40,030 nucleotides of DNA from the IMG/VR virus record IMGVR_UViG_3300045988_064761, positions 1 to 40,030 of that record, one strand, 5' to 3'. Both the position numbers and the translations under genes were made by a program. This document shows, in pieces, positions 12,558 through 22,594 of the stretch (its first letter is position 1; every line of letters begins with the position of its first letter). Source of the stretch: a virus. A model generated the notes under the pieces. That model was not told where the DNA came from. It ran no database searches and saw only the letters and a list, made by a program, of their open reading frames with translations.

Positions 12558-14615
12558 TCATGTTTGCGATGCTACTGCATCTTCCAAATCGGTGATCCGT
12601 TTAATGGGGTCTGCTCGTCCCGTCACAGTCGCGCTATCGGCATCGGTCAGCACGGTGTTCACTCCCGCAAGGGCGGGCAACGGCTGTGCGCCTGTCGCGG
12701 TGAAGGGGATGGGCTCTGCCAGCTTGTAAGCAATTTGTACGGGCGTGCCAGCTGCGTTCTGGGCGGCGAGGTAGGCTTTCCAGTTGTCCGCGTTATCCGG
12801 GATGGTGTCGCCCCAGCGTACTCGGATGCACTGCCACACAATAGCGCATCCTTTTACGGTATTGTTGTTAGATACATCGGCATGTGGGTAATGGCTGCAT
12901 ACATCATTGCCTTTGGTGGGAGCGGCATTGATGGTTCCCTGGATTCTTCCCGTTGTGTAGTACCAATCGGATTTATCTTCAAGAAATTTTCCAAATACCG
13001 TCCAATCCTCTGTGCCATCCAGTGTAATCAGCCGCCAAGCCCGCTTGCCCTCTCCACTCACCGCGTCCACCTCACCGCCATACACGGTTTCAGGCAGGGT
13101 CAGGGTGTTGGTCTGCCCGTTGTATGGTGCGTAGGTGGAGGGAGTAGTGGTGCCTTCAACAACTTCAATTTGGAATTTGAAGTTGTTGAATACTGTGCCA
13201 TTTCGCCAGCATTGCAGCATAAAAACAAGCTCGGTTTCTACCAGCGCAACGTCTCTTGCAATATACACATTAAGGTTTGTGCTGTTTGTATCACCACGGA
13301 AGTAATGATTATAATCCGTAGAGAACAGCGCATAGGCAAAAGTAATGCCGTCACCGCTTCCAAGAGAGGCACTGCCGCCCACCTTTTTGACATACATGGT
13401 GTAGGTTTTTCCCGCGACCCAATGCAGCCGACACGTTCCAATCGTGATATTGCCTTTTCCAGCAAGTGTTCCGTTTAACGTGATATTTTTTTCTGCGTCT
13501 ACTGCTATTTTAATGTCTGAAGAGGAATCTTCTGTGCTTAAAAACTCAATGACATTCTCCCCACACCGATCCACCGTCACGCTGTCACGTCCCTTGATGG
13601 GACGGATGTTTTCCGGTGACGGCGTTCCTGTGCCCTCCTGCATGGGTTCCCAGCTGGCCTTTACCCCCAGCGGGTATCCCGCCACGGGGTAGCACACAAC
13701 AGGGTTGCCGCTTTCTTCAAGCGGCGGGCAGAGCATATCAATGATGTGCTTGCTGCTCCACGGCGCATCCTCGCTCACCGCCGCATCATCAATCTGTACG
13801 CCGTCCTTTCCGGCAGGCCCCTCCGGGCCAACCTCTCCCTGCGGCCCCTGCTCACCGCGCTCACCCTGCGGCCCCTGCTCACCGCGCTCACCCTGCGGGC
13901 CAGTATCACCCCTGGGGCCAACCGGGCCAGTTTCGCCAACAGGCCCCTGCGCGCCGGTATCGCCCTTCTCGCCTTGTACACCCTGAACGCCCTGCTCACC
14001 TTGGGGGCCGCTCGGGCCAGTTGCACCCGTTGCCCCGGTAGGGCCTTGAACTCCCTTTTCTCCTTGCGGCCCCTGCGGGCCTACGGGGCCTCGCGGGCCA
14101 GTATCGCCATTGTCGCCTTTGTCGCCTTTGTCGCCTTTGGCTCCATCCTTGCCGTTAAATTTGCCGTTAGCCGCATCATTCCGCAAGTCATCAGCCGCGC
14201 TCTTTGCTTCCGCGCTGTTCTTTTCTGCGTTAAGTGCAGCCTGCAAAACCTGCGTGGCAAGCGATTCGCTGGGTTTAAACGGCACATCTCCACCAACGTT
14301 TCCGCGTGTAATTACGTTGTATCCCTGCGTTTTTGTGATGCGCTGTACACCATTGGCAACGCCGCAATACACGATAGTGCCCGTACCCTCATTGGCGGTT
14401 GCTTCGGCAGGCACATCAATCAGGCCGTTTTCCGGCAAACGGATTTCAACGGGTTTGCCCTTCGGCGGATTAAACGTTGCCGTTACAGCAAGCCCGCTCC
14501 ACGTATCGTCAAGGGTCACATGCAGCTGCTCGATACCGTAACTGCCAAAAGTGCCAAGCGATAAGTTGCCGGGCCTAACGCTGTATCCTTTCAGCTGTAC
14601 TTCATGCAATGCCAT
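12558..14615 (-). CDS. Tail fibre with a collagen-like (G-X-Y) region
   Basis: ATG 14615 follows GGAGGG. About 39 G-X-Y triplets are encoded at 13800-14153. Confidence 0.85.
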   Translation of the reverse strand: MALHEVQLKGYSVRPGNLSLGTFGSYGIEQLHVTLDDTWSGLAVTATFNPPKGKPVEIRLPENGLIDVPAEATANEGTGTIVYCGVANGVQRITKTQGYNVITRGNVGGDVPFKPSESLATQVLQAALNAEKNSAEAKSAADDLRNDAANGKFNGKDGAKGDKGDKGDNGDTGPRGPVGPQGPQGEKGVQGPTGATGATGPSGPQGEQGVQGVQGEKGDTGAQGPVGETGPVGPRGDTGPQGERGEQGPQGERGEQGPQGEVGPEGPAGKDGVQIDDAAVSEDAPWSSKHIIDMLCPPLEESGNPVVCYPVAGYPLGVKASWEPMQEGTGTPSPENIRPIKGRDSVTVDRCGENVIEFLSTEDSSSDIKIAVDAEKNITLNGTLAGKGNITIGTCRLHWVAGKTYTMYVKKVGGSASLGSGDGITFAYALFSTDYNHYFRGDTNSTNLNVYIARDVALVETELVFMLQCWRNGTVFNNFKFQIEVVEGTTTPSTYAPYNGQTNTLTLPETVYGGEVDAVSGEGKRAWRLITLDGTEDWTVFGKFLEDKSDWYYTTGRIQGTINAAPTKGNDVCSHYPHADVSNNNTVKGCAIVWQCIRVRWGDTIPDNADNWKAYLAAQNAAGTPVQIAYKLAEPIPFTATGAQPLPALAGVNTVLTDADSATVTGRADPIKRITDLEDAVASQT

Positions 14616-14704
14616 TACACGCCCTCCAATCTGGCTTTCGCCGCATCCATCCACTTTTCAGGCACATCTTCAAGTGTCATGCGGCACACATAAAATTGCA
14701 CCAT
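14615..14704 (-). CDS. 29-aa CD1375/XkdX-like small tail-region protein
   Basis: GGGAGGTG lies 7 nt upstream of ATG 14704. Protein MVQFYVCRMTLEDVPEKWMDAAKARLEGV. TAATG overlap with the fibre gene. Confidence 0.45.
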   Translation of the reverse strand: MVQFYVCRMTLEDVPEKWMDAAKARLEGV

Positions 14705-14741
14705 CAGGTAACACCTCCCGCTACCGCCGCCCCCTTTGGGG

Positions 14742-15158
14742 TCAGCCAATGCGCTTCCACATATAACAGGCCGTGTACTTGTTCACGATGGGCATAGCTT
14801 CGCCGGCACCGCTGTATGAACATTCCGACCCTTTGTATTTGGTGGCTCCGTTGTAAGGTTTTACGGCAAGTGGGGTTAGGTAGAGTTCTTGTTCTGTAAT
14901 AGACACGGAGTAGCCTTTTTGAAACGACGCATAGGCATGGTTGTGTTTCGGCATCTGCTCCACCGTCTGCACAACTTCCCACGCGCCGCCTGTACTCCCC
15001 GCCGGGTGCGTGCGGTCTGCCGCTCTCAGCATACAGTCGGTGATTTGCTCCCATGTCGTCCCCGGCCAGCGCTGTGCCGGTTGGATTTTGCTCATCGTTG
15101 TGATTATGTCGCCCACCCAGTACGGGCAGACATTCAAGGGGTTCTGTGCTCCACTCAT
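14742..15158 (-). CDS. Tail-collar-domain-like fibre/baseplate protein
   Basis: Contains GSTGGAWEVVQTVEQMPKHNHAY, the collar-domain P-x-H-x-H pattern. ATGA overlap with the upstream gene. Confidence 0.55.
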   Translation of the reverse strand: MSGAQNPLNVCPYWVGDIITTMSKIQPAQRWPGTTWEQITDCMLRAADRTHPAGSTGGAWEVVQTVEQMPKHNHAYASFQKGYSVSITEQELYLTPLAVKPYNGATKYKGSECSYSGAGEAMPIVNKYTACYMWKRIG

Positions 15159-16294
15159 TGGCTCACCTCCAAAACAAACACCGCCGCACTCGTCGGCGCG
15201 CTGTTCGCATAAAACTTAACCGCCCCGACTCCGGGTTCCAGCGCGGCTACCATCCGCACCGCATCCGTCACCCTCGTGAGGTCGGATACGATAACCCGGC
15301 TGTCTGCCGTCACCCCAGCTACCGTGACTGTGGCGCAGGTGGTGTAGCTGCTCGTGCTGCCGTCGTCCCAGGACGCCGTGTAATGGCCGGAAGTCCAGGC
15401 GCTTGCTGCCACTGTAACCGTTACCAACTTGGGCAATTTTGCGTCAATTTGTGTCTTGTCGTAGTAATTCGCAAACTTACTGCTTTGGCCAGTGTCCTTC
15501 CAGACACCCGTGTCGCTGTCCCACACCCAAATTGTATCAGTTTCGCCAATAATGGCCCAGTTTCCGTCATAGCCGGTATCGTGGGCCGCGTACAGCGCCT
15601 CGTAATTTGGGTACCACCCAACCGCGCCCTGGCTGACCTGCTGGGCCAGCGCGGCGTAGTATTTGGCGTTGTTCATTCCCTCGCCGGGGCGGGATGCCGT
15701 ATCGCCCACGGCCCAACTGCGGGCCTCTTTTGCACTGGCCGCAGCGGCCTTGGCGTTGGCAGGGGCTGCCTTGATGGCCTCGATGTTCTCGTGCACATCC
15801 TGGATGCCCGCTTCATTATCCCGCACGATTTTGGCGTTGGCAGCCACCTCAGCGGCCAGCGCCTGCACGGCCTTGTATTCGTCCGTGCTCTCGAGTATTC
15901 CATCCTGTACCGGGTTTCTGTCGATGTCCAGCCGCAGGGCGGCCATACCGGCCACACCACCGCCCGCCAGCACCTCTACCACCGGGGCGAACGTGCCGAA
16001 GCCGGTCGTCATCTGGGCCGTCACGGCCATATAAACTGTGCTGCGGTCGCTGCTCACGCCCAGCGCAGGGTTGTAGACATAGTGCCCGTCTTTTTTATCC
16101 ATCCTCAGGTTGACATCCGCGCCGGTGGGCAGTGTCCAGGGCTGCCCGCCCTTGTACAGGGCCACGGCCAGCACCGGGAGCGTATCGTCGTACTGTACAA
16201 GATGCACCGGCTGCACAACGTCCCGCCGGTCAAAATCCGCCCGCGTCGCCTTGATAAGTGCTTCTGCGGGTGGGCTGTAATTGGCTGCCGCCAT
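15155..16294 (-). CDS. BppU-like baseplate/upper fibre protein
   Basis: Position after Tal. N-terminal Ig-like region followed by an Ala-rich coiled segment. Confidence 0.55.
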   Translation of the reverse strand: MAAANYSPPAEALIKATRADFDRRDVVQPVHLVQYDDTLPVLAVALYKGGQPWTLPTGADVNLRMDKKDGHYVYNPALGVSSDRSTVYMAVTAQMTTGFGTFAPVVEVLAGGGVAGMAALRLDIDRNPVQDGILESTDEYKAVQALAAEVAANAKIVRDNEAGIQDVHENIEAIKAAPANAKAAAASAKEARSWAVGDTASRPGEGMNNAKYYAALAQQVSQGAVGWYPNYEALYAAHDTGYDGNWAIIGETDTIWVWDSDTGVWKDTGQSSKFANYYDKTQIDAKLPKLVTVTVAASAWTSGHYTASWDDGSTSSYTTCATVTVAGVTADSRVIVSDLTRVTDAVRMVAALEPGVGAVKFYANSAPTSAAVFVLEVSQ

Positions 16295-16305
16295 TTAAAA
16301 ACACC

Positions 16306-18138
16306 TCACTGTATCATTCTGCCGTTGACCAGCACATAGCCGTTGCCAGCGCCGTCCACGCCCAGCTGCACCTTCACGTTGCCGCCTGCGTCGCTTATCG
16401 CGATAGCGCCGCCCTCATACTGGCCCGCCATTGTGACGTTAGCGATCATATTGTTGGGGTTGCTGGCCGCAGGGCCGTACAGAACCAGTCGGCCAACGGC
16501 GTTGTTGCTGCCCCATGTAGACATAAACGCGCCCATGTGCCAGTTTCCGTCGTTAGTTTTGCGGTACATTTCAATTTTTGCATCGTCGATGACGCACTTG
16601 CTCTCCGACACCGTCGAAGTGAATTTACCGGTGATGTCCACAGACCCGTCCGAGCCGATTTTAAAGTTGTCGCTATTCACAACCAGCCCGCCGTTAAAAG
16701 TCGTGACACCCGTGTCCAGATTGGACACAAACTTACCGTTGGTGGACTGCAGAACGCCGCCCCGGATAAGATTCGCACTCATAGTCCCGGTCGTGATGAA
16801 ATCGGCGTTGATTGCACCGTCCATCGTGGCGGCCAGGCGGTACGGCCCGCCGTAGCCGCTGCTGCTGTAACCCCAACCGGACAAGTTCCACCGCCAGACC
16901 TTGGTAGCCTTTTCAATTTCCGGCTTGTCCATTACAAGGATTTCGTCCGGCTCATCCGCGCCGGTGGAGCTGTGCAACACCACATAGCCGCCCAGATTGC
17001 CGGTGATAAGCTGTGTGGCGCGGTCAATAGCCCGTTCCAGGTCACTGCGCGTCTTGTTCACGGTGCTCTGTACGGTCTTGCCCATGTCGGCCACAGTGTT
17101 GGCCAGATTGCTGCGTGCGTCTCCCAGCTCCACGTTGTCGTAACGTTCCAGCAGCACGTCATAGACCGTTTTGATGCAGCTCGCATTTGCGCTCACGCCC
17201 AGCTTTGCAAACCGCACATGAACGGTGTCGCACAGGCCAACCCGCTCCAGCAGGGCCATGTCGGCGTATTCGGCGGCCTGTTCAAGCTGGGCAAAGCTCA
17301 ATGTCAGGCTCACCTTCGGCACGCCCACCTTGTTGGCGCTGATATAATCCAGCGCGGCCTGCCGCAGCTGGGCGGCGGTGGGCTGCTCTTTTATGTCCTG
17401 GCTCACGTCCAGCGTCAGCACCCGCACAAAGTCATACTGGCCGTCCGGCACGTTGACAACCGGGCTGCCGGTGATCTGGGTCACGTTGCCATCACTGTCC
17501 ACCCAGTATGGATAAACGCCGGTGTAGACCTCGGCGCAGCTTTCCTCCTGGGTCAAGTCTGTCAGGTTCTTTCCGTAGCGGATCGTCACGCCGCGGTCAG
17601 TGCCGCGCTGGCTGTGCAGCTTGACGGTGGTGTTGTCCCACTCATACTCGCCGCCGTACACATCCAGCACGCTGCCCTCCACGCCGCCCAGCAGGCTGCG
17701 CAGACTACCCGGCACGGCCACGGCAAAGTCCGCCACCGTCTGGATGTCTGTCCAGAATGTGTAATCACAGCTTACCGCCGCATGGCTTTTAAGCTGCTGC
17801 AAGGCGTCGACTGCGTTCAACGCCTTAAAAGGCCCCACCGGGATGCCGCTCAAATCGTAGCTGATGTGCTGCGCGTTGACCGTCACCTGTCCATTGATGG
17901 GGCGGCTGATTTTATAAATTCGGAAATACTGCGCCTCGCCGTAGGGGTTCGGCTTCGCCAGAATCAGCCCGCGCAGCGCCAGGCTGCTGTAATGCTGCCC
18001 GGTGATGGGATAGACCATTTCCAGTTCAAACGCTCCGTTGCGCTCCTCGGTCACGGTGCAGCGCACAGCATCACGCAGCACTCCTACGCCGTTGCCCTTA
18101 AGCCCCGTCGTGCCGTCATAATATCTCGGATAGCTAAT
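16306..18138 (-). CDS. Tal-type tail tip protein (prophage tail endopeptidase family); probable ATT start at 18138
   Basis: Contains GNGVGVLRDAVRCTVTEERNGAFELEMVYP, a typical Tal N-terminus. GGAGGTG lies 6 nt upstream of the ATT. The first canonical start (GTG 18081) would remove the conserved N-terminus. Confidence 0.8.
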   Translation of the reverse strand: MSYPRYYDGTTGLKGNGVGVLRDAVRCTVTEERNGAFELEMVYPITGQHYSSLALRGLILAKPNPYGEAQYFRIYKISRPINGQVTVNAQHISYDLSGIPVGPFKALNAVDALQQLKSHAAVSCDYTFWTDIQTVADFAVAVPGSLRSLLGGVEGSVLDVYGGEYEWDNTTVKLHSQRGTDRGVTIRYGKNLTDLTQEESCAEVYTGVYPYWVDSDGNVTQITGSPVVNVPDGQYDFVRVLTLDVSQDIKEQPTAAQLRQAALDYISANKVGVPKVSLTLSFAQLEQAAEYADMALLERVGLCDTVHVRFAKLGVSANASCIKTVYDVLLERYDNVELGDARSNLANTVADMGKTVQSTVNKTRSDLERAIDRATQLITGNLGGYVVLHSSTGADEPDEILVMDKPEIEKATKVWRWNLSGWGYSSSGYGGPYRLAATMDGAINADFITTGTMSANLIRGGVLQSTNGKFVSNLDTGVTTFNGGLVVNSDNFKIGSDGSVDITGKFTSTVSESKCVIDDAKIEMYRKTNDGNWHMGAFMSTWGSNNAVGRLVLYGPAASNPNNMIANVTMAGQYEGGAIAISDAGGNVKVQLGVDGAGNGYVLVNGRMIQ

Positions 18139-18150
18139 GATTTACACCTC

Positions 18151-18864
18151 CTACAACGTCCACCATCTAGGTGTGATTTCGCACTTGCTAATGCCGCCGC
18201 TCCAACTAATTTGTGTAGCTCCTGCCCCCAGAGTAGGAAATTCAGGCGCAGTTACATATTTATTTAAGTTTGTCGCTTCTCTGTAAGCTTCCATCATTTC
18301 GCAATCTAGGTACATAGGCCCTGTGTAGCCTGTAATACTTATTTGTGTGCCCCCAACTTGTAATTTGGCATCGCCAGTAACGGTTAGTGCGATAAGCGGC
18401 AGGGAAGGGAATACAGTGGGATTGTACAGAGAATCACCGCTTTTGACTTCAACAGCATTTTCGCCGTCTTTTAAGTATTTCTGTGGTTTGCAATCTAACG
18501 AAATGGTAAATGGCGCAAGGTGGTTTGCCCGGATATCAGTTTCCGGGAAATTAACCACCCGCGCCATTCTGTACACATTTGGCTCTTCCTCTGTTTCAAG
18601 CCTGCGATAGCTAAAAGTAGTTCCACGCAGAAAAGCCGCAATCGTTGGCAAAGTGTCGCTCACATCAGCGCCCGTCAGCGCAAAACATTTTGCTGTGGCG
18701 CTAATATTTGAGTAGCTTCCATCCCATTCTGTCAAATCTCCACTACGTCCAGAAATGGTCGTGGCGGTTACTCTTGGCGTCGGTTGCCCAAAAGTAATTG
18801 CATTTTGCAGCCTAATTCCAACATCGAGGCTGCATACACCGTCAAGCCAAAATCCATTAAGCAT
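18151..18864 (-). CDS. Distal tail protein (Dit)
   Basis: ATG 18864 overlaps the end of the TMP gene. Protein begins MLNGFWLDGVCSLDVGIRLQ. Lies between TMP and Tal. Confidence 0.75.
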   Translation of the reverse strand: MLNGFWLDGVCSLDVGIRLQNAITFGQPTPRVTATTISGRSGDLTEWDGSYSNISATAKCFALTGADVSDTLPTIAAFLRGTTFSYRRLETEEEPNVYRMARVVNFPETDIRANHLAPFTISLDCKPQKYLKDGENAVEVKSGDSLYNPTVFPSLPLIALTVTGDAKLQVGGTQISITGYTGPMYLDCEMMEAYREATNLNKYVTAPEFPTLGAGATQISWSGGISKCEITPRWWTL

Positions 18865-20596
18865 ATACAGCCGCCTTTCTGTTGCTTTGTTCCTGAAGCT
18901 CATACGAAATCTGATTTGCCAGCGCATGTGCCATAGAATTTACATCGGAAAACTGAATGCCGTTAATATCAATGTTGATCGTCATGCCGCCTGCTGTTTT
19001 TGCCGTGCCTTTACGGTATTCGTCCGCCTCATCAGCAGTCAGCACCATCTCGCCGCGATGCAGGTTGGCAACATAATTGTTATACGGAACGAAATCAAGG
19101 CCGCCTGCACGACCACCGGTTGTGCCACTACTGTTGACATCTACATTAACAGAGCGGTTCCCGAACAGGCTGTCCCACAAACCATTAAACCAGCTGACAA
19201 GGCCATTCCAAGCTGCCGAAACGCCGTCAATAATGCCATCAATGACCGCGTTGCCCATCTGCATTGCGCCTTCTACAATGTCCGGCAAATGCTCTATAAA
19301 GTAGGTCAGCAGGGTTTCCACGATAGATGCAGCGGCAAGCATAATGTCCGGCAAGTGTTCCGAAACGCCTTCTACAAACGCAATCAGCATTTGTCCGGCA
19401 GTATCAAGCATCTGCGGCAAGTTCTCATTCAGCTTTGAAACAAGCGTCAAGACGATTTGCAAGGCAGATTGTGCAACGGTTGGTAGCATCTGATAGATGC
19501 CGTTTCCCAGCACAGTTATAATCTGAATTGCCGAATCAATAAGTTGCTCCGCGTTTGCGCTGATTCCCGTAACAAGCGTCTGCACAATGTTTACGGCAGA
19601 CTGCGCCAGCTGCGGCAGAACGGTTTCAATCAAGCTCGGCAGCTCTGCCATGATGGGAGGGACAAGGCTCTCTATCAGCTTAGCAGCGCCGTTCAGGGCG
19701 ACTTCTATGCGGGGGATGATATTACTTGCCGCTGTAGTTGCGCTATCCACAAAGTTGCTGATAAGTTGCCCAAAATTGGCATTATCATCGGCAATTCCAG
19801 TTACAAGGTTTGACCATGCGGATTTTGTAGCATTTACACTCCCCTGAATCGTTGTTGATGCTTCTTTAGAGGTCGTACCAGTAATGCCCATTGCGTTTTG
19901 AACATCATGAATCGCGCTTACAACGTCCGCATAGCTGTCAATGCTATATTTGGTATAGTTTCCCTGCGCGGCGTTCAGCTTGTTTGCGTCATCAAGTAGA
20001 CGCTGCATTTCCTGTTTTGTTCCGCCATAGCCGAGCTTTAGGTTGTCCAGCATTGTGTAATTCTGTTTGCTAAAACCGTTATAAGCGTTCTGGATGCTCT
20101 CCATGTCCGTGCCCATTTTGTTGGCATTGTCGGACATGTCACCAATGGCAGTATTGGCAAGCTCTGCCGCCTGTTCCGTATCGCCGCCCAGACTAGACAC
20201 AAGCGCGGCTGCAAATGTAGTCGCCGTGTTCATGTACTCGTTTGCCGAAAGCCCAGCCGTTTTGTACGCATCGGCTGCATACTGCTGAACTTTATCGGCG
20301 CTGGTTTTATACAGCGTTTCAACGCCGCCTACAAGCTGCTCGTAATCTGCATAACCGTTAATTGCAAGTCCCGTCAATGCGGAAATTGCTGTTGCGCCTG
20401 CCGTAGTAGCTGCAACGGATACTTTCGCAACGTTCGTAGCAACGTTAAAGATGCCTTTGCCAACTGTTGAAGCGGCTGAACCAACCTTTCCGAACAGTCC
20501 CGTTAATCCGCTTGCGCTGCTTTTCGCATTTTTCAAGCCTTTCTCGTATTCGCTGGAATCCAGCGTAATTTTTGCAAAAAGGTCAAATACGTCCAC
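18857..20596 (-). CDS. Tape measure protein (GTG start)
   Basis: Contains SKQNYTMLDNLKLGYGGTKQEMQRLL, the TP901-type core. Long Ala-rich helical protein. Confidence 0.9.
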   Translation of the reverse strand: MDVFDLFAKITLDSSEYEKGLKNAKSSASGLTGLFGKVGSAASTVGKGIFNVATNVAKVSVAATTAGATAISALTGLAINGYADYEQLVGGVETLYKTSADKVQQYAADAYKTAGLSANEYMNTATTFAAALVSSLGGDTEQAAELANTAIGDMSDNANKMGTDMESIQNAYNGFSKQNYTMLDNLKLGYGGTKQEMQRLLDDANKLNAAQGNYTKYSIDSYADVVSAIHDVQNAMGITGTTSKEASTTIQGSVNATKSAWSNLVTGIADDNANFGQLISNFVDSATTAASNIIPRIEVALNGAAKLIESLVPPIMAELPSLIETVLPQLAQSAVNIVQTLVTGISANAEQLIDSAIQIITVLGNGIYQMLPTVAQSALQIVLTLVSKLNENLPQMLDTAGQMLIAFVEGVSEHLPDIMLAAASIVETLLTYFIEHLPDIVEGAMQMGNAVIDGIIDGVSAAWNGLVSWFNGLWDSLFGNRSVNVDVNSSGTTGGRAGGLDFVPYNNYVANLHRGEMVLTADEADEYRKGTAKTAGGMTINIDINGIQFSDVNSMAHALANQISYELQEQSNRKAAVYA

Positions 20597-20872
20597 TTAC
20601 TCGCTCACCTCCTGCCGTTCTTTTGTTTTTAATCCATGCCGCGCCGCAAAGTCTTTGAAATCCGCCTGCACCTGTTCTGGTGTCCGCGTATCCACTTTGG
20701 GCGGGTGAATAATGTCAATATATCTCGCTGGCCTGTCCGTTACGCCTGTCACCGCTACCACAAGGCTCCATGCACTGTCTGTCATGTACACCTTGTACAG
20801 CTGTTCTTCAAAATCAGCTTTTAAAGCGTAAGGCAGCGCCGACACAAGCGCCTTTGCGCTCAGTTTCGGCAT
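20597..20872 (-). CDS. Tail assembly chaperone T-part, probably made as a G-T fusion by a -1 frameshift
   Basis: The frame is -1 relative to 20890..21264 and stays open from the slippery site to ATG 20872. Confidence 0.6.
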   Translation of the reverse strand: MPKLSAKALVSALPYALKADFEEQLYKVYMTDSAWSLVVAVTGVTDRPARYIDIIHPPKVDTRTPEQVQADFKDFAARHGLKTKERQEVSE

Positions 20873-20889
20873 TTTCAGCAGTACAGGGA

Positions 20890-21264
20890 TTACTTGTTCT
20901 GCCCGCCACCGAGATACGATTTGAAAAAATCAACAAAACCCTTATCGTTCAGCAGGTCGGCAGCTTGCTTGCAGGTGATAAGGAAATTCTGTTTGCCGAT
21001 TTCTTCCACCGTCAGGCCGTTGAACGGTGCAAGGATTGCGTACACATCCTCGCGGTGCTGTTTCAACGCAATGTTCAGCAGCTTAACGATTTTCGCAAGG
21101 CCGAAACGCTGCATTGCAATACGGGTTGTTTCGCCCTTCGGCATCGCTTTCTGCATCTCTTTCACAAGCGTTTCATCATCAATCAAATTTGTGATGGGCT
21201 GCGCGATTTGTAAAACGACTTCCAGCGCTTCGTCAGTGCTAAGTTCAGAAAAAATCCGCATCAT
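20890..21264 (-). CDS. Tail assembly chaperone (G-like)
   Basis: Lies between the major tail protein and the tape measure protein. Acidic 124-aa protein. Confidence 0.7.
   Translation of the reverse strand: MMRIFSELSTDEALEVVLQIAQPITNLIDDETLVKEMQKAMPKGETTRIAMQRFGLAKIVKLLNIALKQHREDVYAILAPFNGLTVEEIGKQNFLITCKQAADLLNDKGFVDFFKSYLGGGQNK
20923..20929 (-). other. -1 programmed frameshift heptamer T_TTT_TTC
   Basis: Minus strand GAT TTT TTC AAA in the G frame, 11 codons before the G stop. Confidence 0.6.
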
Positions 21265-21854
21265 GCCTCATCCTCTCCGGCCTTGATATACACCTCGCAC
21301 GGCACAGTGTCCTGCGCGGTAATGGAGTAGTGCGCTGTGTATTCAAAACTCATCTGGCCTTTTTCCTTGTCGCCCGTCTGCAAGCTGAAACCACCGGTGG
21401 ACAGCGTATTCAGCATGTGGATGGCACAGAAACCGCCATTCGTAGTGCCGTGCTTGTCGGAATAATCGCACAGCAGCCACAAATCGGTAAAGTCGCTGTC
21501 TTTCAGGTCGTTGCGCGGCGTGATTTTGGAAACCTTGGAAGTGGTCGTAACATCCGCAGCGCCAAGCATGCTTTTGGCATTTTCTGCCGATGCCGAAACA
21601 TAAGTGCCACTGCACTTGACTTCCCAGGATTCAATCTGCTTCAGCTCTTTCATGTTTTTTGGGCAGTTGTCGATGTCCTCGCCGAAGTCGGTAAAGCTTG
21701 GCACAGCCGTAAAGTTGATGCCGCCAGTCGTAGCGCCCAGCAGCGCACTTTCTTCCGGCGCAGTACCGGAAGTCGGGTCAAACGTAGTTGCAAGATACCC
21801 GGCGTTCAGAACCAATTCCTTGAACGCCGATTCGGGAATTCTGGTAAACTTCAT
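21261..21854 (-). CDS. Major tail protein
   Basis: Position, size (197 aa) and strong SD. Confidence 0.75.
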   Translation of the reverse strand: MKFTRIPESAFKELVLNAGYLATTFDPTSGTAPEESALLGATTGGINFTAVPSFTDFGEDIDNCPKNMKELKQIESWEVKCSGTYVSASAENAKSMLGAADVTTTSKVSKITPRNDLKDSDFTDLWLLCDYSDKHGTTNGGFCAIHMLNTLSTGGFSLQTGDKEKGQMSFEYTAHYSITAQDTVPCEVYIKAGEDEA

Positions 21855-21863
21855 ATTTTCACC

Positions 21864-22232
21864 TCAATTTAGGCATAAAAATTCGGCGGTCACGTTGATG
21901 TACCGCCGTTTTAGGTTTTTGTCTGTGTCATCTGCCAGCGATTGGCAGAACGGGGAGCCGCGTTTTAACCAAATCAAGCCGCCATCTACCGGCAGTGTCA
22001 CGCCGCCAATGCCCAGCGCGTCCGAGAGCTCAAGCGCCTTTGCATTGGGCACCGCTTCGCTCGTGGTATGGAACCACATGTTGACCGTCAGCGATACCGC
22101 CCCGCCGCCCCATGCGTCAAACACAGCATCATAGGTCAGGTATGGGAGTACAGCGTCATCTGGCACGGCGTTGCTTGCGTAAGCTGTCATAAACCGCTCA
22201 AAAAACTGCTGTAATGCAGCGCCCTTTGTCAT
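21864..22232 (-). CDS. Tail terminator / tail completion protein candidate
   Basis: Position immediately upstream of the major tail gene. Confidence 0.5.
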   Translation of the reverse strand: MTKGAALQQFFERFMTAYASNAVPDDAVLPYLTYDAVFDAWGGGAVSLTVNMWFHTTSEAVPNAKALELSDALGIGGVTLPVDGGLIWLKRGSPFCQSLADDTDKNLKRRYINVTAEFLCLN

Positions 22233-22594
22233 GTAGGCAATCCCTCCCGCAGTCTTTCAGCCGTAAAACTTTTTAAGCCATTCAGCATCTGGGAAGCGCT
22301 TGCCGGGGCTTGCTTTTCTTCAGGTCGGCTCGTGACCCGGAAATATGCCCCGGTAGTCAAGTCCTTGTACACGCTGCCGTACTCGATGGGAACATCTTTC
22401 CGCACAACGCCGGTATATACGCTGGTCACGCCCTCTGCTTCTGCACGGCGGGCCTCCAAACTGCTATCCAGCGAAACGAAATTGTCAAACTCCGCGCCCT
22501 TTCTCCACTCTGTAGCATAGCCGCCTTCTCCGTCAGGCTTTGTCAGCTTGTCCATGATGATGCAGCTATGCGAAAAATCATCTAAAAGGCTCAT
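22229..22594 (-). CDS. Head closure / head-tail joining protein candidate
   Basis: ATGA coupling at 22594, with GGAG upstream. SPP1 gp16-like position. Confidence 0.5.
   Translation of the reverse strand: MSLLDDFSHSCIIMDKLTKPDGEGGYATEWRKGAEFDNFVSLDSSLEARRAEAEGVTSVYTGVVRKDVPIEYGSVYKDLTTGAYFRVTSRPEEKQAPASASQMLNGLKSFTAERLREGLPT

Noticed and set aside
12558-14615. Diversity-generating retroelement targeting the tail fibre C-terminus.
   Set aside because: No reverse transcriptase gene is present anywhere in the window. I saw no template/variable repeat pair with adenine-specific differences.
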